A stretch of DNA of 64,000 nt from an uncultured delta proteobacterium (GTDB taxonomy: Bacteria > Myxococcota_A > Polyangia > Polyangiales > B10-G4), in NCBI GenBank assembly GCA_963727445.1, contig CAVSGI010000014.1, forward strand, positions 320,001 to 384,000. Reading direction: 5' to 3'. The stretch's first letter is position 1. Each line of letters opens with the position of its first letter. The position numbers were made by a program, and so were the translations under genes. Shown in pieces: positions 38,852-49,100 of this stretch. The notes beneath the pieces were generated by a model. It was given only the letters and a program-made list of their open reading frames with translations. It was not told the origin of the DNA and did not search any database.

Positions 38852-40591
38852 ATGGCGATCTTCCGACTGCGCATGGCTGCCGGCGTGCTGAGCTGCGCCC
38901 TGTTGGGCTGCACCGTGGGGATGGACGGGCCCGGTCCCTTGTCCTTCGATGGCGGGGTCTGCACCCCGGGCACGCGGGCTTGCCACGACCAGGGCGCGAT
39001 GGTCTGCGCCGACGACGGCAGTGGCTTCGTGATCGAAGAGACCTGCGATCCCGCCGCCGGGACTTTTTGCGACGAGCGCTCCGGACGCTGCGTCGACCCC
39101 TGCGCCCAGGCCGAGACCGCCCAGGGCAACGTCGGCTGCGAGTACTGGCCGGTCACGACGCTCAACCCACAGGTCGCAGAAGAGATCGACTTCGGCGTGG
39201 TCCTCGCCAACGGCGAGCCCTTCGACGCCGTCGTGACGGTCGAACGCGCGGGCACCGTGGTCGCCGAGACCACCGTCGCGGCGGGGAGCGTGGAGACCCT
39301 GGTGCTTCCCTGGGTCGACGAGCTCAAGGGGCTCGAGGTCACGCGCGCCCGCTACGCTTCGAGCCTCACCCGCGGCGGCGCCTACCGTTTGCGCTCGAAC
39401 GTCCCGGTGGTCGTCCACCAGTTCAACCCGCTGCACTACCGGATCGACCGCGACTGCGCGAACGAGCAACGCCTCATGTTGCCGATGGACGATGGCGAGT
39501 GCTTCTCCTGGAGCAACGACGCGTCGCTTCTGCTGCCCACCCACGCGCTCACCGGCAGCTACCACGTGCTCGGCTGGCCGAGCATCGTGAACCGCGCCGA
39601 CCAGGACGGAGCGGTCGGCTTCGGCGGCGCGCCCGGCTTCGTCACCATCGTCGGCGTCGAGGACACCCCGGTCGAAGTGGAGGTGCGCCTCGGCGCGACC
39701 GTTCTCGGCTCCGACGTGCCGGGAGACGTGGACGCGGCGAGCGCCGGCGAGTCCCTGCGCTTCACGCTCGGCGCCGGCGACACGGTACAGCTCGCCTCGG
39801 CGATGCCCGAGCTCTGCGGCGCAGGGAGCCGCTCCGAAATGATGGGAGCGCAGCTCGTCACCTATTGCATCCTCCCCGAGGACTACGACCTCACGGGCAC
39901 CGAGGTGCGCGCGACTGGACGCGTCGCCGTGATGGCGGGTCACGCGTGCGCCTTCGTCCCCATCGACCAATGGGCCTGCGATCACCTCGAAGAGATGGTG
40001 CCGCCACTCGAGACCCTGTCGAATCACGTCGTCATCGCCCCCACCGAGCCGCTCGAGGGCGAGCCGAACGTCCTCCGGGTGATGAGCGCCGTCGACGACA
40101 ACCACATCCGCTTCGACCCGCCGCTGCGCGAGGAGGTCGTCCTCGAACGCGGCGCCTTCGTCGAGCTCGAGATCCACGAGCACGTCGAGGTACGCGGCAC
40201 GGGCCCGCTCCTGGCCGCGCAGTTCATGGTCGGCCAGACCTACGCGGGCGGCGACGTCGACGCGGGCGGCGACCCTTCGATGACCTACGCCGTCCCCGTC
40301 GAGCAGTACCGCGACCACTACACCTTCTCGGCGCCGGACACCTACGATGAGAGCTGGGTCGTGGTGACCGCTCCGGCCGGCGCCGAAGTGACACTCGACG
40401 GCGTGCGGGTCGACGGCTTCAGCGCCGTGGGAGGCAGCGAGCTCCGGACGGCCCGCGCCCCCCTCGACGCGGGCCCGCACAGGATGCGCGGGGACAGCCC
40501 ATTCGGGATCATCGTCTACGGCGTCGGCGCCGCCACCAGCTACGCCTACCCCGGCGGGCTCGATCTCCGACAGATCACCGCGCCGTTCTGA
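38852..40591 (+). CDS. IgGFc-binding-protein N-terminal domain lipoprotein
   Basis: GCEYWP, SNDASLLLPT, CDHLEE, GDPSM...PVEQYR..Y, SYAYPGG motifs. Confidence 0.85.
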   Translation: MAIFRLRMAAGVLSCALLGCTVGMDGPGPLSFDGGVCTPGTRACHDQGAMVCADDGSGFVIEETCDPAAGTFCDERSGRCVDPCAQAETAQGNVGCEYWPVTTLNPQVAEEIDFGVVLANGEPFDAVVTVERAGTVVAETTVAAGSVETLVLPWVDELKGLEVTRARYASSLTRGGAYRLRSNVPVVVHQFNPLHYRIDRDCANEQRLMLPMDDGECFSWSNDASLLLPTHALTGSYHVLGWPSIVNRADQDGAVGFGGAPGFVTIVGVEDTPVEVEVRLGATVLGSDVPGDVDAASAGESLRFTLGAGDTVQLASAMPELCGAGSRSEMMGAQLVTYCILPEDYDLTGTEVRATGRVAVMAGHACAFVPIDQWACDHLEEMVPPLETLSNHVVIAPTEPLEGEPNVLRVMSAVDDNHIRFDPPLREEVVLERGAFVELEIHEHVEVRGTGPLLAAQFMVGQTYAGGDVDAGGDPSMTYAVPVEQYRDHYTFSAPDTYDESWVVVTAPAGAEVTLDGVRVDGFSAVGGSELRTARAPLDAGPHRMRGDSPFGIIVYGVGAATSYAYPGGLDLRQITAPF

Positions 40592-40600
40592 GCGCGAGGG

Positions 40601-41191
40601 CTACGAAGCCAGCTCGAAGGCCTCGGGCGCGTCGGCCGGTCCCGGGATGTCGAGGAGAAAGCGCCGCACTTCGCGCTCGGTCTTCACGGGGCAGCCATAC
40701 GCCTGAAAGCCCAGAAAAAGCTCGCGCCGATCGACGGCGGGTGCGCCGGCAAAGGCCTCCTCGTAGGCCGCCTCGACCCGCGCGCGCACAGTCGCGGGAT
40801 CGGAGAGATCGAGCGAGCGTGCGCGCGCCGCCGGCGAACGCGCGATCATCGTCGCTCCGCGGACCACGAAGGTCCCCCGCGTCGCGCCGCCCGGGCAGAG
40901 GCAGTCGACGAGCTCGGTCGTCTCGGCCTCCGCGTCGTACGCCTCGTCCTCCATGCAGAGGATCAGAACGCCGCGCCGACCATCGGTCACGAGCGTGAGG
41001 ATCACGTGGATCGACGTGTAGTCGTCTTCCGGCGCGCCCGTCCTGAGCGCTTCGGGGAGCGCGGACATGGCCAGCGCCTCGAGCACATGGAGGTCGCTGT
41101 CCTGCAGCTGCCGGGCGACGCGCTCGGTCAGATCCAGGTCGAAAGACCCATCGGTGGAGAGTCGCGGCTGTCGAGGTTTCTTCATGCCCAT
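40601..41191 (-). CDS. Hypothetical protein
   Basis: ORF with coding-like composition fills the gap between confident genes. Confidence 0.55.
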   Translation of the reverse strand: MGMKKPRQPRLSTDGSFDLDLTERVARQLQDSDLHVLEALAMSALPEALRTGAPEDDYTSIHVILTLVTDGRRGVLILCMEDEAYDAEAETTELVDCLCPGGATRGTFVVRGATMIARSPAARARSLDLSDPATVRARVEAAYEEAFAGAPAVDRRELFLGFQAYGCPVKTEREVRRFLLDIPGPADAPEAFELAS

Positions 41192-41378
41192 CCTTTCGGC
41201 GATGGCGCCTTATCGGTTCGACAGCGAGGGAGTTGCGGCGATCGGGGCCCGTGTCCCCCCGCAGGGGTGACAAACGAGTCTGTCCCTTCGAGAAATCTCA
41301 ACGGCGCGTGAACAATCGGCTTTCAATCCTTGAACGCCCCTCTTTGCGGAGGCAAAACAATCCGGTAGGGGGAGCCAG

Positions 41379-42020
41379 GTGAAGAGCATCCTCGTCGTCG
41401 AGGACAACGAGATCGTCGTAAGGAGCCTGGAACGCTTCTTCTCGCGGACCGACAGCACGCTCATCGTCACGCGCAGCCTTCGAGAAGCGCGCGGGGTGCT
41501 CGCGAGCGACCAGGAAATTACCGCGATGATCGTCGATCTCGGCCTTCCCGATGGGTCGGGTCTCGAGCTTCTCGCGGAGACCAGCGCCCTCGAGCCCCGC
41601 ATCCCGACCATGGTGATGAGCGGTACCTGGTCGGACGAGATGGTGCGCCGCGCCCAGATCTTCGGCGCTCTGTTCGTGCCCAAGCCCGCGTCCGCCGACA
41701 ATCTCCACGCGTTCTTGAAGTGGGCACATGGAACCGCGTCGGCCCGTACCACACTCCACCGAGAGCTCAGTGAGCTCACCACCCGTCATGGCCTCACCAA
41801 ACGCGAAGCGGAGATCGTCGCTTTCGCGGCCCGCGGAATGACGCGCAGCGAGATCATCAAAGAGCTCGGCATCAGCCCCAACACCATGAAGACGCTCACA
41901 CGCCGCATGCTCAAGAAGGCCAAGAAGTCCGGCCTCGACGAGCTACGCTCCGAGCTCCTCTCGCGGATCTTCGCCGAAGAGGAGGATGCAGAGGGCGACG
42001 GCGACGGGACGCCGAACTGA
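41379..42020 (+). CDS. Response regulator, NarL/LuxR family (REC + HTH)
   Basis: ILVVEDN, DLGLPDGSG, KP, LTKREAEIV...G.T..EI..ELGIS.NT. Confidence 0.9.
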   Translation: MKSILVVEDNEIVVRSLERFFSRTDSTLIVTRSLREARGVLASDQEITAMIVDLGLPDGSGLELLAETSALEPRIPTMVMSGTWSDEMVRRAQIFGALFVPKPASADNLHAFLKWAHGTASARTTLHRELSELTTRHGLTKREAEIVAFAARGMTRSEIIKELGISPNTMKTLTRRMLKKAKKSGLDELRSELLSRIFAEEEDAEGDGDGTPN

Positions 42021-42054
42021 GCGCCCCAGCTGACACGTCTCGACGGCGATGGAC

Positions 42055-43635
42055 TCAGTCCAGGCCTGCGTCCGCCAGAACGGGCGTCGCGAACACCTTC
42101 CGCGCGGTCTTCGATCCCAGGATCTCCTTCCGCGCCTCCTTCCACTTCTTCACGTTCTTTCCGTAGTACTTCTCCACGCGCTTCGCGTCGAAGCCACCCT
42201 GCTGGCCCCAATGACACGCGAAGGGGATCTTGGCGCTGTCCAGATCCTTCCAACATCGCTCGAAGATCGGTATCGACTCCTCCGTGTGGATCCCGCCCAT
42301 CTCGATGTGGGTCGTCATCTGGCGCTGGTTCATGCCCATGAGCGACGTCCCACCTTTGACGAAGCGAACGCCGAAGGCGCCGAGGTGGTGTCGTCCCGCG
42401 TGCGACTCGGCTTTGACCGCAGCGAAGACCGTCTGGAGCATGCGCTTCGCGTTCTCGTGGTCGACCGCGATCTCGGTGCTCGAGCCTTTGCCGGGCGGAA
42501 GCGTCGTCGGCCCGAAGACCTCCCCCGGAAAGCGCGGCATGTGCTGACCGCCAGGGTACTGCTCGGCGAGCAGACGATTGACCAGCTGCTCCACCATCGA
42601 GCCGCCGACCGGTCCATCGATCGCCTGGCTGAGCCCCGCGATGAGGTCGAAGATCTCGGAGGAGAGCTGGGGATGTGCCGGTGGTCCCGACACCGCCGGC
42701 GGCGACGCCTTCCGCTTCCACATCAGGCTCACGTAGGCGCCCGGTCCGTAGTGGGGCGGATACGGGCTGAAGACGACCTCGAAGTGAAAGGGCTCCTCGG
42801 GATTGTCGTGGAGCTCGCTCGTATCGAGCGTCTCGATCGCCTTCCACAGCTTCGGATCGTCGGCGGCGATCGGGATGATGCGCTGCCCGAGCTCGTAGAG
42901 CGGCTCGGCCTCGAGCACGACCCCGTGCACGATCCCCAACGAGCCCAGCGACACCTGGACCGCCCCGAAGAGCGTGTCGCTCCGAAGCGTCTCCGTCGGG
43001 ATCTTCGTCGAAGACGCGAGCCAGTCTCCGAGGTCCTCGCTCACCACCGGCTCGTCCTGTGGCACGACGAAGAGTGCCTTGTCCTTGGCGACGATGAGAT
43101 GAACGCCCAGCACCGAGTCGTGCACCGCCCCGAACCGGTACGCCGAGCCGTGCGTCCCGGTCGCGATCGCCCCCGCGATGCGGTGCCCGTCACTCGCCCC
43201 CGACGTACGCAGCGCGAGCCCCAGCACCCCGAGCCCCTCGTTGAGGCTCCGCACCGTCGTCCCGCCCTGTGCGAAGATCGGAACGAACCCTTTCGGCGTG
43301 CGCTTCTTCCTGTAGTTCGGGCAGAGGAAGGACCCTCGCACCCGGAGAATCGTGTTCAGGTAGCCCGGGTCCACCACGATCTTGCCCGGCTCGACGATGC
43401 GAGAGAGCGACCACCGCGATCCCACCGTTCGGATCGTCTTCTTGTTCTCGATCGCGTACCCGACGATCTCGCCCAGCGCCTTCCCACACCGCTCCAGCTT
43501 CCGCGGCGCGTCCGAATCGATCTCCCCCGGGATGTCCGGCACCACCACCAACGGCACGTCGAAGTCTTTGATCGTCCCGTGGTAGTTGCTCCACTTGATG
43601 TTCCGAGACTCCTTCGAATATGGAAAGTCGACCAT
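42055..43635 (-). CDS. FAD-linked oxidoreductase (VAO/ALO, aldonolactone-oxidase-like)
   Basis: IAGAIATGTHGS, VSLGSLGIV, C-terminal HWG motif. Confidence 0.85.
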   Translation of the reverse strand: MVDFPYSKESRNIKWSNYHGTIKDFDVPLVVVPDIPGEIDSDAPRKLERCGKALGEIVGYAIENKKTIRTVGSRWSLSRIVEPGKIVVDPGYLNTILRVRGSFLCPNYRKKRTPKGFVPIFAQGGTTVRSLNEGLGVLGLALRTSGASDGHRIAGAIATGTHGSAYRFGAVHDSVLGVHLIVAKDKALFVVPQDEPVVSEDLGDWLASSTKIPTETLRSDTLFGAVQVSLGSLGIVHGVVLEAEPLYELGQRIIPIAADDPKLWKAIETLDTSELHDNPEEPFHFEVVFSPYPPHYGPGAYVSLMWKRKASPPAVSGPPAHPQLSSEIFDLIAGLSQAIDGPVGGSMVEQLVNRLLAEQYPGGQHMPRFPGEVFGPTTLPPGKGSSTEIAVDHENAKRMLQTVFAAVKAESHAGRHHLGAFGVRFVKGGTSLMGMNQRQMTTHIEMGGIHTEESIPIFERCWKDLDSAKIPFACHWGQQGGFDAKRVEKYYGKNVKKWKEARKEILGSKTARKVFATPVLADAGLD

Positions 43636-43641
43636 CCCCCC

Positions 43642-44184
43642 TCACATGTCTCCGACGATCCCGCCGCCGGACGTATCGCACTGAACGTAGGTCGTCGGCT
43701 GCTCTTCGTCCGCTCGCTGCACCAGCACCTCGTGAATCCGTCCCCCGCAGTCCGCCGGCATCGCGATGGGCATCCCCGCGCTTTCCTCGGACGCGCCCTC
43801 GACACACCCCCCTTCCCCGGTGCATCGATACTGCTTCGTCGCGCCCTGTGGGCCGCACGTCACCACCACGCTCGGCGTCTCGCGATGGAGCGTCACCCCG
43901 GACATCTCGGGACATGCCGGGGGAAGCTCGACGAGCACCGTCCCCTCGTGATTGATCCGCTCCGGATCATCCGTCTGCGCCGTCTCGCAGGAAGACGCAT
44001 CGCACACGTAGAGCGGACCTTCGGAGGTGCCGCGGTTCGTGAGGCGGAGGTGGGTCCCGCCGCAAGCGACGAGGAGTGCACACGCCAGTCCCCCGAGCGC
44101 GACGGCCGCCAGGGGGCGGACCGACCATCCTTGCGGCTTCAGCTCGCGCGAAGTCCGTCGCACCGCCGCTCTCCGTCTTGGCAT
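43642..44184 (-). CDS. Hypothetical Cys-containing lipoprotein
   Basis: Lipobox LVAC and an internal duplication (LP.AC/MPADC..V..C). Start uncertain. Confidence 0.6.
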   Translation of the reverse strand: MPRRRAAVRRTSRELKPQGWSVRPLAAVALGGLACALLVACGGTHLRLTNRGTSEGPLYVCDASSCETAQTDDPERINHEGTVLVELPPACPEMSGVTLHRETPSVVVTCGPQGATKQYRCTGEGGCVEGASEESAGMPIAMPADCGGRIHEVLVQRADEEQPTTYVQCDTSGGGIVGDM

Positions 44185-44239
44185 GTCCCCCCCAAGGCTC
44201 GGTAGCCTACCGGATCGACGACTGCAGATCAGCGGGTGA

Positions 44240-44638
44240 TCACCGGCACGCCCGCGAGAACGGCCCAGGGCCGATGGTCGAGGACATGTCGGAAGCCATG
44301 ACCGTGACCCAGGAATCCTCGGTCACGTCGAGCTCCCAGGGCACGACCGCGTAGGACGGCTCGACCTCGAACGCGTGCACTCCTTCTGGGACCACCAGCG
44401 AAAGCGGACCCGTCACGCTGAAGCAGTGCTCTCCACCCCGGTCGGGCACGGGCCCCTGAATCACCAGCTGCGCGTCCATCCGCACTTCGATATCGACCGA
44501 CTGCTCTGCGCCGTTGACGAACTCGAACTGTAGCGTGTGCGACGGGCCATCCCCCAGCTCGGGCTCCGCCACCACGTAAGGCTCGCCGCCACAGGCAGCG
44601 AGAAGAAGCACGGCAACGGAAACCTTCGACCAGCCCAC
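44240..44638 (-). CDS. Hypothetical small lipoprotein
   Basis: VAVLLLAAC lipobox and beta-rich domain. Start estimated. Confidence 0.55.
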   Translation of the reverse strand: MGWSKVSVAVLLLAACGGEPYVVAEPELGDGPSHTLQFEFVNGAEQSVDIEVRMDAQLVIQGPVPDRGGEHCFSVTGPLSLVVPEGVHAFEVEPSYAVVPWELDVTEDSWVTVMASDMSSTIGPGPFSRACR

Positions 44639-44720
44639 GATCCCGAGTCTAGCGTGTTTCCCCGAGAGTACGAGCGGCCACCACGTCCATATCAAGTCGT
44701 TTTCTCCGAACCCCCGCGCT

Positions 44721-45818
44721 TCATTGCCCCTGCCACCGCACCCGCGCCCGCCCATCCACCAGCGCGAGCTCCACTTCTCCCTCTGCCGGCAGCGCCAACT
44801 CGCGAATGGGGTGCAGCCGCTCACCTCGCCGCACGTACGAGCCGAACGTGCTCGCCGTGTCGACCGCGTAGAGCGTCCCATCGACCCGGATCAGGAGCAG
44901 GTGCGTGCGTGAGACCGCCGCGTCCGAAAACAGCTCCGACGAATCACAGCGCGCGTAGCGCCCCAGCACGATCCCGCGCCCCGCCGCCGCCGGCCCGACC
45001 TCGACGCAGCGCACGCCCGCTCCCGTCAGGATCCGAAGCGCACCGATCGGCGCCTCCCCCTCGAGAACCAGCCCATCCTCCGCACGCACCGCACCGCGGA
45101 TCGCCGTCACGCTCGTGTACGCCTCGCCTTCCCAATGCGGCTGTGGTGCGCGCCCGTGACGAAGGCGACGCCGCGCCCACCGGTCCGGCTCCGCGCCGCG
45201 CTCGTCGAGATAGACCCTGCGCGGCATCATCGCCCAGGCATCGGCTGACAGCGGTGGATAGTCGCTGCGGTCCCCTGTCTGCAGAAAGAACAGCGCGTAG
45301 TCGCCGCACGCGAGCAGCGCTGGCCCCTCGCAGCGCACGCCCTCGAGCATCCGCCCCGCCTCGTCGCGAAACGCACGCTGAGTCCGCAGGTCGAGCACCG
45401 TGAAGCGACAGTCGCCGCGCGCCCAGCTCCGCACCGGATGGAGGATCAACGCGAGGTGCCGCAGCGACATCTCCTCGTCGTCCCGGAGCAGCAGGTCCGC
45501 GAAGCGATGCCGACCGATGATGGCCGCCGTGGGCCGCCCCGCCCGCGCAGAGAGCCAGAGCCGCCCCGCGAGCCGACAGCTCGGCACGTGCACCGCGATC
45601 GCCGCCACCCCCGCGCCCCCCATGTCTCGGCAGAAGCGCCGGATCTCCGCGTAGTGCGCCATGAAGAGCGCCTCGTAGGGAACGCCAGCGCGCACCGCGA
45701 CAGGTGGCGCGCAGCACGTTCTCACGTCGAACCCCGCGTCCCGCCGCTGCCCGGCGTCGAGCTGCACGAATCGCAAACGGCCAGGAGCCGGTGCCGGCGT
45801 CAGTCCTTCTTCGCTCAA
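44721..45818 (-). CDS. FHA-domain protein (two FHA-like regions)
   Basis: IIGRH..ADL.L.DD..SLRH and LGRY.RCD....VSRTH...DTASTFGS motifs. Confidence 0.75.
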   Translation of the reverse strand: MSEEGLTPAPAPGRLRFVQLDAGQRRDAGFDVRTCCAPPVAVRAGVPYEALFMAHYAEIRRFCRDMGGAGVAAIAVHVPSCRLAGRLWLSARAGRPTAAIIGRHRFADLLLRDDEEMSLRHLALILHPVRSWARGDCRFTVLDLRTQRAFRDEAGRMLEGVRCEGPALLACGDYALFFLQTGDRSDYPPLSADAWAMMPRRVYLDERGAEPDRWARRRLRHGRAPQPHWEGEAYTSVTAIRGAVRAEDGLVLEGEAPIGALRILTGAGVRCVEVGPAAAGRGIVLGRYARCDSSELFSDAAVSRTHLLLIRVDGTLYAVDTASTFGSYVRRGERLHPIRELALPAEGEVELALVDGRARVRWQGQ

Positions 45819-45928
45819 TCACGCCTCCTCGATGGGGGATATGGGGTAGACGCGCGTGTGGGTGCGGGACTGACAGGAAGCGGGAAGAACGGAAGCACCC
45901 ACAGTCGCCGTGGTACTACGAGGATGCC

Positions 45929-46426
45929 ATGCGCTTCGAGCCGCTGACCCAACTCCCCAATGCATGGACCATGGTCTGTCAGCGCTTCGGCGTTCATCTC
46001 TTCGAGGGCGACCTCGACGTCGACGAGATGACGCGCATGGAAGCACGGGCGACGGCGTGGCACGCGCGCAACCCCGGGCGCATCGTCGAGCTCGTCGTCA
46101 TCTATCCGAGCGACAATCGGATGTCGTCGGAGGAACGCTCGAAGATGACGCAGCTCATCAAGAAGTGGGAGCACGTCCGCGACGCATCCGCGACGGTGAT
46201 CCTCGCCGAAGGCCTCGTCGGCTCGCTCCAGCGCAGCATCCTCACCGGGCTGATGATGCTCGCCCCAGCTCCACACCCGGCGAGAGTGTTCGGAAAGGTG
46301 CCGCCCGCCGTGAGCTATCTGACGCCGTACATCTCCGCGCTCTGCAGCGATGCCACGGAGCAGACAATCATCGATGCCGTGGCCGAGCTCTCCTCGGCGT
46401 TCGAAGCGCGCACCAACAGGCGTTGA
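45929..46426 (+). CDS. Hypothetical STAS/SEC14-like alpha/beta protein
   Basis: Pattern typical of myxobacterial small proteins (GLVGSLQRSILTGL...PARVF). Confidence 0.65.
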   Translation: MRFEPLTQLPNAWTMVCQRFGVHLFEGDLDVDEMTRMEARATAWHARNPGRIVELVVIYPSDNRMSSEERSKMTQLIKKWEHVRDASATVILAEGLVGSLQRSILTGLMMLAPAPHPARVFGKVPPAVSYLTPYISALCSDATEQTIIDAVAELSSAFEARTNRR

Positions 46427-46475
46427 CGAGCACGGTCAAAGCATCCGTCCTCAGGCGAGAGGCCTGGGCGGTCGC

Positions 46476-46853
46476 TCACTCTTCGAGCTCGACCTCTGCG
46501 CGCTCGGCCCAGTAGGTCTCTTCGTCGTCGTCACGCACGCCGATGCGACCGGTCGGTCCGCAGATGTACACGTCGCCGATGACGCCGGCGTGGGGACCTT
46601 TCACGAGGCGAACGCGGCTGCCCTTCTGGATGCCGCCGCGGCTCACGGCGCCGCCCTGTGGGCCATCGCGCTCGACGTTCTCGCCGTCGAAGAAGAAGGT
46701 GCTGCCGGCGGCGTCTTTGACGCCGTAGCGCAGGCCAGCGCCGTACTTCTTGGCGCCGACCCAGACGACGGTGCCACGCACGTCCGGCTTGCCCAGCTCG
46801 CGGGCGAAAACGGTGTCGCCCTTCTCGAAAGTATCGTCGGAAAACTCGGACAT
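46476..46853 (-). CDS. Small protein with two KOW/SH3-like repeats
   Basis: KGDTV..GTVVWVG...GVKD and KGSRVRLVKGPHAGVIGDV...GVRD repeats. Confidence 0.7.
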   Translation of the reverse strand: MSEFSDDTFEKGDTVFARELGKPDVRGTVVWVGAKKYGAGLRYGVKDAAGSTFFFDGENVERDGPQGGAVSRGGIQKGSRVRLVKGPHAGVIGDVYICGPTGRIGVRDDDEETYWAERAEVELEE

Positions 46854-46979
46854 GCTGCTCGCGGGAGCCTGCGATTATGCCGCAGGCCGGCGCGGGTTGG
46901 AACAACGAGCTGACAGCTGCATCTTTCACGCAACTCCCGCCCCCACGCCCCGATAAGCCCGCATCGAAGGAGGAGACCG

Positions 46980-47591
46980 ATGCGCGGGACGGTAATTTGT
47001 GGGCTGATCTTCTGGGTTTTTTGCGGGTGTGGCCCCGCGCGGGAGCGGGGACCGGTCGAGGAAATCGCCGGGGACGATGCCGGCGTCGCCTCGTTCGGTG
47101 ACGACGCAGGGATGGAGGAGGACGCGGACATCATCCGCGTGGACCCGACACCGCAGCCGGAGCCCGAGCCCGCGCCGCCGAGCGGTGAGGACGTCGTTCA
47201 GGCGTTCCGGATGCTCCTTCAGCAGCACTGCAACACGGCGCACGACTGTCGTTATGGTCGGGCCGAGTTCCCCACCCCCGAACAGGAGGCGGAGTTCGTC
47301 CGGCTCTACGGGACCTACGAAGGGGAGTGCATGGCCATCCAGTACCCCACCGCGTTCCGTGACCTGCTTCGCGCGGCGGTCGACGAGGGTCGCACCACCT
47401 ACGACTTCGACCAGGCAGCGGCGTGTGAGGAGGCGCTCCGCTGGGACATCGCCTATTGCACGGGCTTCTGGCGCGACGGCTATCCCGAGTGCGAGGACAT
47501 CTTCATCGGCACGCTTCCCCACGGGGACCCCTGCGCGATCGACATGGAGTGCACGAGCCAGGTCTGCGGCGACGACGGGACGTGCCGCTGA
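46980..47591 (+). CDS. Cys-rich hypothetical lipoprotein
   Basis: AGGAG RBS, FCGC lipobox, C-terminal GDPC..D.EC....C knot. Confidence 0.75.
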   Translation: MRGTVICGLIFWVFCGCGPARERGPVEEIAGDDAGVASFGDDAGMEEDADIIRVDPTPQPEPEPAPPSGEDVVQAFRMLLQQHCNTAHDCRYGRAEFPTPEQEAEFVRLYGTYEGECMAIQYPTAFRDLLRAAVDEGRTTYDFDQAAACEEALRWDIAYCTGFWRDGYPECEDIFIGTLPHGDPCAIDMECTSQVCGDDGTCR

Positions 47592-47763
47592 GGCGCGAAC
47601 GCGCTTCGATAAGTACTTCGAGAAGCTCGCGTCGATCGGGAGCGCCTCCGACGGGCGCAGGCGGCTCGCGGATGCAACACTCCCCTGCGAGACCCGCCGT
47701 GACCGAGGACCATCCCAGCAGGCGAGCACCGCGCCCGGCGATCGCCGCGGTGCGGTAGCGGCC

Positions 47764-48297
47764 ATGCGCGCCACGCTCGAACGTCCGACACCTCGCGCGC
47801 GCCATCCGCTGGTGCGACTGGTGCGCGGGCTGTGGACGCTGCCGACGAACGTGCTCGGTCACGCCGCCGGAGTGCTGGTGTCGGGCGGCGTCGGCGAGTC
47901 GCTCCACTCCGAGATGGCGAGCGGCCGCCTCTACATCATCCGTCTGCCCGGCCTTTCGCGCGTCGGTGGCGTCACCCTCGGCCACGCCATCCTGCTCTCG
48001 CCGGCGTTCACGAAGGGCCTCCGCGGTCGTCTCGTCATCGCCCACGAGCTCGCTCACACCCGTCAGCACGACGTCCTCGGCCCGCTCTATCTGCCGCTGC
48101 ACATCCTCGCGCAAGCCGCCAGCGCCGCCATCTACCTCGTGCGACCCGACCGGACGAGCGATCCGGTCCACGCCTACAACCCGCTCGAAGAGCGATGGCT
48201 CTTCCTCGGCCACCGCGCCATCGATGAGGTGCTGCGTGGCGAGCGGTGGAGCGAGCGGGAGCGGGAGGAGGTGCTCACGGCGTTGGGCGTGGGCTGA
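47764..48297 (+). CDS. Hypothetical protein with HExxH zinc-binding motif
   Basis: GVTLGH...AHELAHTRQ...LGPLYLP...NPLEE. Confidence 0.7.
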   Translation: MRATLERPTPRARHPLVRLVRGLWTLPTNVLGHAAGVLVSGGVGESLHSEMASGRLYIIRLPGLSRVGGVTLGHAILLSPAFTKGLRGRLVIAHELAHTRQHDVLGPLYLPLHILAQAASAAIYLVRPDRTSDPVHAYNPLEERWLFLGHRAIDEVLRGERWSEREREEVLTALGVG

Positions 48298-48400
48298 GGC
48301 GGCTTCGTGTGCGGCTCGGCTGTACATCCGCCGGCGCCGGCATGTACATCACGTGCGCTCGACGCCTCCGGCCCACGTGAATTCGCCCGCGCTTTGTCGC

Positions 48401-48416
48401 TGGAACGGGTCGTGCT
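48401..48416 (+). promoter_or_regulatory. Putative sigma54 promoter
   Basis: TGGAACGGGTCGTGCT (GG-N10-GC); predicted +1 falls at or just before ATG 48429. Confidence 0.5.
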
Positions 48417-48428
48417 GTTCGTCCGGGC

Positions 48429-49100
48429 ATGCATCCGCTCCTTCTCGACGGCATCGCCGCCGGTATCGGACTGATCGGCCTGGTGCTGCTGGTGAAGCTC
48501 CCCTGGGACCTCTACATGGAGGCGCGCGGTCTCATCGCCGATCAGCGCGACGCGCGCAAGCGCGACATCGCGGTCGATCCGGAAGAGGAGCGCTACGCCA
48601 AGCGGGCGGCGCGGCGTCTGCTGGCGGTGTGCATCGGGCTTCACGTGGTGACCGCCGCGGTGGTGGGTGCGGCGACCTGGGCCAGCGGCGGGTCGCTCGG
48701 CTACTTCTTCGCGGGGTTCTACCTCCTTTCGACCTTCTTTCGGCCCGCGGTCGCGCTCTACCGCCACCTGGTCCGCCGCCTCCGCGAGCTCCGCGGGCGG
48801 ACGCGCTATCCGCGCGAGGACGTGGTGACGTTGGTGGCGCGGGTGCGCGATTTGGAGAGGGAGCTCGAAGAACGCGGCGAGGCCTCGAAGGAGACGCGCT
48901 GCGCCTTCGAGGCCTCGCTCGACCGGCTCGGTCAACGGGTCGACGCCCTCGACCGCGAGCATCGCGTTCGCGTAGCGGCCTTCGAAGACCAGGTCGCGCT
49001 GGTGCTTCGCGAGCTCGAGCGAACGGTCGACCGTCTCACCGAAGACCGCGAGCTCCTGGCTGGGATACGCGCCTTCGTGAAAGTCGTGAAAGAAGCCTAG
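48429..49100 (+). CDS. Membrane protein (3 TM) with C-terminal coiled coil
   Basis: Hydrophobic helices followed by a heptad-rich C-terminus. Confidence 0.75.
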   Translation: MHPLLLDGIAAGIGLIGLVLLVKLPWDLYMEARGLIADQRDARKRDIAVDPEEERYAKRAARRLLAVCIGLHVVTAAVVGAATWASGGSLGYFFAGFYLLSTFFRPAVALYRHLVRRLRELRGRTRYPREDVVTLVARVRDLERELEERGEASKETRCAFEASLDRLGQRVDALDREHRVRVAAFEDQVALVLRELERTVDRLTEDRELLAGIRAFVKVVKEA

